A DNA stretch of 52,485 nt, counting the filler, from Mitosporidium daphniae (Eukaryota), in assembly GCF_000760515.2 (NCBI RefSeq). It is 2 parts of 2 records of this genome, joined end to end, with 100 filler letters (N's around TTAATTAATTAA, not from the genome) between each part and the next. Parts side by side here need not be neighbours in the genome. Positions count along the whole stretch, not along the records: positions 26,350 to 52,485 come from NW_013546151.1; 1 more part is not named here. One strand, written 5' to 3'. A program made the translations under genes and the position numbers. Shown one piece after another: positions 45,633 through 52,485 of this stretch; position 1 is the first letter of the stretch, and the number at the start of each line of letters is the position of its first letter. The notes under the pieces were generated by a model that saw only the letters and a program-made list of their open reading frames with translations, ran no database searches and was not told the origin of the DNA.

Positions 45633-46672
45633 CTACTCCTTCGTATCTGATTTGCTTTTCTTGGATTTTTTGTTGGCCATCAGAGTATGCATGATATCCC
45701 ATTCTTCTTGGGAGAGCACATTTGCATCCGCAGGCTTTGGAGCTTCCTTTGGCACATTTTCACGGTCAGATGGAGTATCGCTTTCTCCAGAATACTTGTT
45801 TTTGGAGCTGGTTTTGCTTCTTTTGGATTTTGAAACAGTTAGAGCCTCAGCATCCGCATGTTCGATAGATGACAATTGAAGTATTTCCGTCGATGGTGCT
45901 GAAATTTCTTCTTGATGCGACTGTGATTTATCCTTCTTTTTGGACGATTTCTTTTTGGCCGGGAATTCGTTTTCCTGAACTGCGGATGTAGCCTCCTCTA
46001 TGACGGGCTCCATTTCATGAAGTTCTGATTCCTTAATCTCCAAAACCAGGTCCTTTTCCTCCTCGCAGGCAGACGAGGCTGCCAGGATTTCTTCTGCGAG
46101 CGGTGTGGGGAGGAACTTTTTTTTCCTTCTCTTTTGATCTCCATTGTACGCTTCGGGGAATTTAGCCTGGTTAATTTCCATGGCCTTCAAAGAATAGCCC
46201 TAGGGATTCTCGTATGGAAAATGCAAACCCTTTTTTTTTCATCCGATTCTTGCTTCCACAATTCAATGGCCTGGTTATAGATTTCTTTGGAACTTTGCCC
46301 TTCATGAGCTTTATCGAGCCTAGGCTTTACCTCTGAATAATAAATCGTAAATCCATTGACACGGCCCACCCGTTCTCTTGTAGAAGAAACCTCTGCATAT
46401 TGTAAAGATAACCGATTACCTTTTATGGCTTTCTCGGCGCCGTTGGAGAGGGGGGTTTGGGATACACACTCAACATTTGAACATAGGATGTTGAAAATAT
46501 TTTCAAAAGATTTTGAAATGCTTAGAAATTCATTCTTCAGTGCATGTACGGCCTCTTGTGTAAAAAATACATGGTTGCTGGAAGTGCCGGCACCCGCACC
46601 AGCTGTATTTTCCGCATCACTGCTTGACAACGCCGTTTGACCGGCTGATGGTTTTCTGGATGCTTTAGTCAT
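45633..46672 (-). CDS. HMG-box protein with Lys/Glu/Ser-rich tail (Hmo1-like architecture), intron 46200-46228
   Basis: RVNGFTIYYSEVKPRLDKAH...KEIYNQAIELWKQESDEKKR|GYSLKA is an HMG box. The tail is K-rich. Confidence 0.7.
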
Positions 46673-46730
46673 GTTAATTAGTTAAAATTTAATTAATTGA
46701 ATGTTTTTATTTAAACGTTAAAATGGGAAA

Positions 46731-47373
46731 TCAAGTTGATTTGTGCATATTGAATCTCTTGGCGTAAAGTGAAGAGGTGCCGGCAAAGATTTCTGCTATT
46801 TCGTCATATAGGCCTCTCTCGAGATTTCTCACCGTATTGTACTCTCTCTGTGTTGCGGCTTCAACCAGCCATCGAATAGCAATGCCGTTCTGTCTATGGG
46901 GAGTCAATACTCTTGGCAGAGTTTGTTTGCGCCCCATCATGGATTTGTACTCCAATAGTGGCTTGACGCTATCAATGGCCAATTGGATTGGATTATCAAT
47001 TTGATAGTCCAGCTTTAGCCTGGCATTCACTCTTGCAAGAATGGCATTCTGGCTTACTCCACCCTTGATCAACGACCCAAGAAAGTTGGGACACAAGCTG
47101 GTGGGTTTTGTAGCCACATGTCCCGTTTCTAATGCCGGGTTATAAAGCTTCCATATGGCGCGTACCTTTTTCGTTGCTAGCTATGTCCAAGTTTGGATCC
47201 GCTCTGGACAAACTTTCTGTGATCAGTATGCTTGCAGCCATTTCGTCTGCCACAAAATTCCTTTCTTGTTTGATAATTTCTCGCATCGGAATGTCCTTGG
47301 CTGCATAGAACCTCAAGCCAGCTCGAATATGACGGCTTCCCGCTATGCGGGGAAACGCCCTACCTGCCACCAT
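46731..47373 (-). CDS. MRPS7: Mitochondrial ribosomal protein uS7m, 2 exons
   Basis: Arg-rich, acid-free N-terminus MVAGRAFPRIAGSRHIRAGLRFYA, then NPIQLAIDSVKPLLE, QNGIAIRWLVEAA, LYDEI, KRFNMHK. Confidence 0.8.
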
Positions 47374-47381
47374 TTGATTGT

Positions 47382-47452
47382 TAATTAAAAGGACGAATTT
47401 CAAGTGCTAATTAAAAGAACGAATTTCAAGTGCTAATTAAAAGGACGAATTT
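47382..47452. repeat. 26-nt tandem repeat x2.7 directly upstream of the uS7m ATG
   Basis: taattaaaag(g/a)acgaatttcaagtgc starting at 47382, 47408 and 47434 (partial). Confidence 0.9.
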
Positions 47453-47647
47453 TAAATTGACAAATAAATTGATGTTGGTTACCTAATCGGCGCCATCCCA
47501 AAGGAGGGTTACCATAATTGGCGCGTAACTAGGGTGTAAAAGAAGCGAAATGTTATGATCAACACTCGAAACCAATATTTTTTACTGAACTATATGACTG
47601 CCAGTTGTGGATTTTCAATTCCAAATATTTGTAAATTAACGGAAAAT

Positions 47648-48023
47648 ATGAACTGTACATTAATTATGCTTGTGGCCATGGGCATGCTAACGGCGTGTAT
47701 TTTGGGAGCCATGTATTATAACCAATCCAGGAAGCTTAAAAAAGGTACCGATGCGTTCGCTAAATTATGCAGATGATACTGTCGCCAAAAGACTTCGAAG
47801 TTCGAGGAAAGCGGCAAAAGAGAAAGTAAGTTTTGAATCCGACAACGAAGCATCTGATAAGTTGCCGAAAAAGAGCAAGCCAAAAAAGGCAACTACCGAA
47901 TTGACTCGAAGCCAATCGCGAAGAAAATCTGCCGAAATAGCCAACCAAGCCATTGTGGAGGGTGCCGGTGGCATATCGACGCCACGCAAGGCCAAAGCCA
48001 AATCGGTCTCCAGTGCAAAGTAA
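47648..48023 (+). CDS. Small orphan membrane protein (N-terminal TM plus basic K/R/S tail), intron 47745-47772
   Basis: MNCTLIMLVAMGMLTACILGAMYYNQSRKLKK|DDTVAKRLRSSRK...TPRKAKAK; a clean 28-nt GT-AG intron joins two ORFs. Confidence 0.6.
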
Positions 48024-48075
48024 TTGTAATTGTAAGTAAATCGAACAAAGCCACCTATGCCCAATAGTGCCCCAA

Positions 48076-48516
48076 TTACATTGAAATGTTGTATTCCTCA
48101 CCACTGCTACGATCATCCGACTCGATGTCTTCATTCAGGTAGGAGAGATCAGAGGAGCAATCTGGATCTACCGGTACATACGTTTGATGCAGCAGCCTGA
48201 ACAAAGTCTGTTCCAGGACAACCATGTCGATTTTGTATCGCTGCGAAGGATCCTCGGCGTAAATGTACTTCCAACCGAGCAGCGAATCACATCCTTTGCA
48301 AAAAACGTCGCAAACGATATGGATTCCTGTAAGTAGCTTTCTGCTCTCAGCTGTGCCGAAATGCACGTTCAATACTTTTCGAAATAAAAAGGCCTGACCA
48401 AGGGTGCCACTAAAAGAGCGAGAGACGACGTCTGTTGGCGTGGACAGGTGTGTCGAGCATTCGACACACTGAAACACATATCTTGAATCGATGTACTTTC
48501 TTAGCGGAATGCCCAT
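48076..48516 (-). CDS. Yippee-like (YPEL/Moh1) zinc-binding protein
   Basis: CVECSTHL, SRSFSGTLGQAFLF, LLTGIHIVCDVFCKGC, LGWKY, SQRYK. Confidence 0.93.
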   Translation of the reverse strand: MGIPLRKYIDSRYVFQCVECSTHLSTPTDVVSRSFSGTLGQAFLFRKVLNVHFGTAESRKLLTGIHIVCDVFCKGCDSLLGWKYIYAEDPSQRYKIDMVVLEQTLFRLLHQTYVPVDPDCSSDLSYLNEDIESDDRSSGEEYNISM

Positions 48517-48594
48517 TAAAAACACCGAAAGCCGAAGTGTAAAAAGAATGCATCATGCACTGAAATTAAAGTTTGCTAATGCAATGGAAATAGT

Positions 48595-49922
48595 TTATCG
48601 TGAAAATGCTTTTCTTTTCCTACTTGGAATGGGCGTGTAATCAGCTCTGTGTAAGACAGCAGCAAGGTGTTCATCATATGCCTTTTCAGGATCAACATTT
48701 CGGTCGTCCAGCATCGACATCAAATGCTGGTGATAAAAGGAGCGAGACAGAGAAAATCTACTCCACGAGCCAGAAAGGCCCTGGTAAAGCGATCTGAGTG
48801 CTTTTTGCTTTAAATCTTTGTAGCATTCAGATGAAAATTCAAGGCCGTCAAAGGTTGCGTCCCACAGCACCAAGGCGTCCTCGCTTGCCATGTGGTATGT
48901 TGGCTTTTCTGTGCTCTCAAACATATACTGTATTACCTAAAGGTCAACAGCATAGCGTCGTACCGAGGGCTCTTCATGCCCAGTTCCGATCAAAAACAGG
49001 ATTCCCATCATACAGCGGACTTGATGATACAAAAAGCCCTTTCCCGTAACAATGAATACGTACTGCTTAAGAGACGAAATCGAACTAGCTTTGTCATCAA
49101 AAGCTGGCTTACTCTTGGAAGCACTCGACCGGCTCTATTTTGGACGCTATTATGGTTCTTTCAAAGAGCACGTTATCTTTTGATTTGTCGACTTTGCAAA
49201 AGTTTTTAAAATTGTGAATGCCCACATAAAGTGCGGCGGCTTCATTCATTTTCTAATTTGCATTACATACGATGCCACGTTACCTCGATGTCAAGATCTT
49301 CGGCCAGGAAATAATAATGGTACGTTCTGGAGGTGCAATTAAATCTAGCAATTTAGACACCCAAACCACACCGTGCGTCAAAGTCGGCTCCCACATCTTT
49401 CCATCCCAATATCCGGATGTCGCTTGGAAGAACCGAATTTAAGATCGACATGTAGGGCAGCTCCCTTTCCCTTTCTATGGTGGAAAATTGCACGCCAGAC
49501 CCGCAATCAGAGTCGGCCTTTTCGACGGATCGAATGTTTAGCGATATAATTTGTTTAAACGCCGAAACACCCTTATCGGTTCGCCCGCATCTGGAATAGT
49601 TGCACGAATCCACACTTTCAATTAGCTTGGTCTTGATCAACGAGCCAAATAAATGATCCTATTTTGAAAAGGGCCTATCATGTACCTCAATCGTATTTAC
49701 ATTCGTATCTCTCTGCGTGGCCAATCCCTGAAATGAATGGCCAATGTAGCAAAGGTGCATTGCAACTTTCCGTCGTTTAAACGAAGAAAAGTCGAAAGCA
49801 GAGCGTTTGGTTTTATCGTGATAGCCGTTGCCCCTTTTTGATGGCAGTTTAGCCATCTTGGCTTGAAGTTCTCTAATGAGAACAATCAAGCACTCTTTGG
49901 ATAAATTTTGTAAATTGGACAT
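48595..49922 (-). CDS. PUS3: tRNA pseudouridine 38/39 synthase (Pus3/Deg1), 5 exons
   Basis: FDFSSFKRRKVA, YSRCGRTDKGVSAFKQ, ELPYMSILN, FDARFNC, HNFKNFCK, KPTYHMASE. Confidence 0.9.
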
Positions 49923-49958
49923 GAAATTTAAAAAAGTTTCCGTTTTTATGATTTGCTT

Positions 49959-52376
49959 TTATTCGATGCAGACTGCAAAGACCCCGTGAGACAGGGATTC
50001 TGCTGTCAGATACGAACCAAAGTGCTGTTTTAGCCAAAGCATCATGCTCAGCGTTGGAGATGTTATAGCGACAGACCCTTCCATGTGAGAGTATTCCGAT
50101 ACGAAATGCTCGACAAAGTTGATTACCGAGGGATCCTCCTTGAAGGATAGCAATTTTTCCTTTAAAATATCCCAAGCCCAGGGCTCACATGGGTTTTGTG
50201 CAAGAACATCGTTTTCAAGCCAAATGAAGATCGCCTCAAGACCTAATACCTTTCCCTCAAGCAAATGATCAATGACCACTTGAATATATTGGGGAGAAAG
50301 TTTCCAGAAAAACAAAAGATGTCTCAAAAATTCAATCTGGCTCTGCATGTCTAATGGAGAAATACCAAGAAGTTCAAGATATCTATTGGTTATTCCATCA
50401 TAAGTACCTGTCAATGGCATTGATTGTATGCGAAAAGGATTTGGATCCATATAGGAGAACAGACTGGATGATGACTTTTCTTGGATTCGATATGGAGAAC
50501 ACATTGGCGGAAATGATGCCTTCAATCTCTGACACCGGGGTCTTTGATTTTATGCATTCCCCTAGTTTCCTGGAAAGAGCCAGCTCTTCCGGGCTTGCCG
50601 TGGTCGATGCCTCGGAAAATTCAAAACATGGCTCTGGCGATGGCTGTAAATAATTAACGAAAAATTCTGGAATGTTTGCTCTGATTTGTTCGTAGTATGA
50701 TAGTCTATACTGTCATGCGGCTGAAAGGATACCTTATCATTTTGGAAAGCAGAGTCTGTAAAAAGAGGGCTTGAGACCCCACTTGTGGCTCGAGATTGAA
50801 CCCTGTACTCATATTCTCCGAGAGGGTTTCCCTAACGTTGAGACAGTTTCTGAAATTACCATTGCATCCATTGGCTCCATTTATATTCAAACTGGCTAAA
50901 ATGGTGCGCTAGCCAGCCACTTAGAATAACCAGTTGCGAGAATAAAAGTTCGTCAAGAGAGGTAAATAATCCAGTCACAATGGCACCAAGATATTCGCTG
51001 GCAACGTCACATATTGTCAGAATGTCTTTGATAAGCATCGTATAATAAACGGTTGGAAATGGAGGGGGTCGTGGGGCCGCTAGCATTTCCGAAAGGATGC
51101 ACTACACGATAAAATGTCACCACAAATACACTAAGAGCAATTCTAGGGATGTCCGCAGATGGAAATGTGTGTTGAACATCGACGATGATAAAATCGGCAC
51201 ATTTGTGGTAGTTTTCATCAAACGCATTGATGATGTGAGTGACGATATCGGAAAGCAGCCAATGCTCCATGCAATCTCTTTTTATCGTAAACTTGGGGCT
51301 GCCATCATTTGTTCCATCAATAGTTTCAGACTCAGCATGCGGTTTACTGGCGTAGTCTTCGTCCACAGCCTTATGGGACATGTCTTGGTCGGTGATTCGA
51401 AACACTCTCCGAACATGAGGGAAGGTTTGTGTCTCTTTAGGCTCGTACAAAGCCCCAGCGTCAAGATTATGTGGCAAAGTGTGAGCATTTACAGAATCAG
51501 CGGGAGATGAAAATTCTTCTAAAATCACTTGATCAATCAGGTTATTCTGCAAGTAAGTAAAGTATGCAATACCGTCCAGTTGTCCATGTTTGTAAAGAAC
51601 GAGTACAATTCCAAAAGAATGTCAAAAGAAAAAAACCGGGGAACACCGCTACCTGATTGTTCAAGACTTGGGGATGCTGATTTGATTTCCAACATTATGT
51701 TGCCAATGCGAACAAGAAGCGTTCGAAAGACGCCCTCATTTTGTCTCAGCAAAACCGATCCGTTCCAAAGGAAGGATGAAAGAATCGAATACAAAAAGTA
51801 AAATTTTGCTTTTTCCCTGGACGGGTCATTAGAACATTGTTCAATGAAATCAATCAACGGTTCAATTGAATGCAAAAAGGATAGATCATTGACAACATTG
51901 ACGGTGACAAGATCGGCTAAAAATCGAAGAGAAAGAGTAAATTTCGACCAGCTTCCATTGGAAATAAATTTGTCCATTGAGTCAAGCAGCAGCGGGATAA
52001 ACTTTTCGCTCACCATTGCCGGATCTTGTAGATTGAGAAGACCAACGATGGAGGAGTAGATCCTGGGCTTCCATGCCATTTCAGAAACACATTCAATGAT
52101 GGTGGCAAGCAAAGCATCAAAATATGGCTTAGAAGATTCGGACAGCAAAACCTTTGCCAAATTACGAATATTATCAGATAAAGAAGAGGAGCTCTTTTGT
52201 CCGACAAGGAATATTAAATGATGCAGAGTATCCTCAGCAGACTGGGTTTCTCCGCCCTTGTTTCCATGAAATCGCTTGGAGTTTGAGCGTCGCTCCGAAG
52301 GGCCGTGCTTATGCTCTAAAATATAGGGAGTTATTGTACCGTATTCACTGTCATCAAAGCTTCGCTTGGAATTCAT
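49959..52376 (-). CDS. NCBP1: Nuclear cap-binding complex large subunit CBP80 (NCBP1/Sto1), 5 exons
   Basis: N-terminal basic NLS-like segment, 'KPRIYSSIVGLLN', 'PPFPTVYY', 'WLAHHFSQFEYKW' and 'RLSYYEQIR'. Confidence 0.88.
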
Positions 52377-52485
52377 TGAAAATGAAAATGAAAATTTAGG
52401 GTTAATTGAAGGGCCTTATTTGAAAACAAGTTTCCGTAAATTTTCGTATCCTTGCTAATTAATTCTCCCTATATTTTAGAGCATA

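Noticed and set aside
402..52376. Fragmented ORFs as pseudogenes, frameshifting or stop-codon reassignment
   Set aside because: The breaks I examined are resolved by short spliceosomal introns that restore conserved motifs.
26350..52376. Apparent cluster of RNA-processing and translation genes, including PUS1 and PUS3 within 5 kb
   Set aside because: Such genes dominate reduced genomes and orientations are mixed, so there is no evidence of a functional cluster without synteny data.

Overview
This is eukaryotic DNA from a very compact, gene-dense genome. Intergenic spacers are often under 100 nt and genes are broken by many tiny (mostly 23-38 nt) GT-AG introns. Gene content and architecture suggest an early-diverging fungal relative (Rozellomycota or basal microsporidian, Mitosporidium-like); this is an inference. 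After manual splicing I find about 27 protein genes, mostly housekeeping: cyclin end, DEAH helicase, TBCD, APC11, LSm4, calmodulin, Ulp SUMO protease, TPI, TOR, midasin, CysRS, eIF3c, PPX1, bZIP, Vps23, UTP22, myosin light chain, PUS1, an HMG-box protein, mitochondrial uS7, Yippee, PUS3 and CBP80. An N-gap with a TTAATTAATTAA linker at about 26.3 kb is an assembly join. Highlights: (1) a 77-nt TPI intron that is exactly three abutting GT..AG micro-introns (27+26+24 nt), a candidate for recursive splicing with zero-length exons; (2) a ~2270-aa Cys/EGF-repeat type-I membrane protein with domains inserted inside repeats; (3) a 21-nt minisatellite that builds an in-frame, presequence-like N-terminal extension on CysRS; (4) an UTP22 with only its C-terminal half; (5) TOR with an altered rapamycin pocket; (6) recurrent promoter motifs and a palindromic 39-bp bidirectional promoter.
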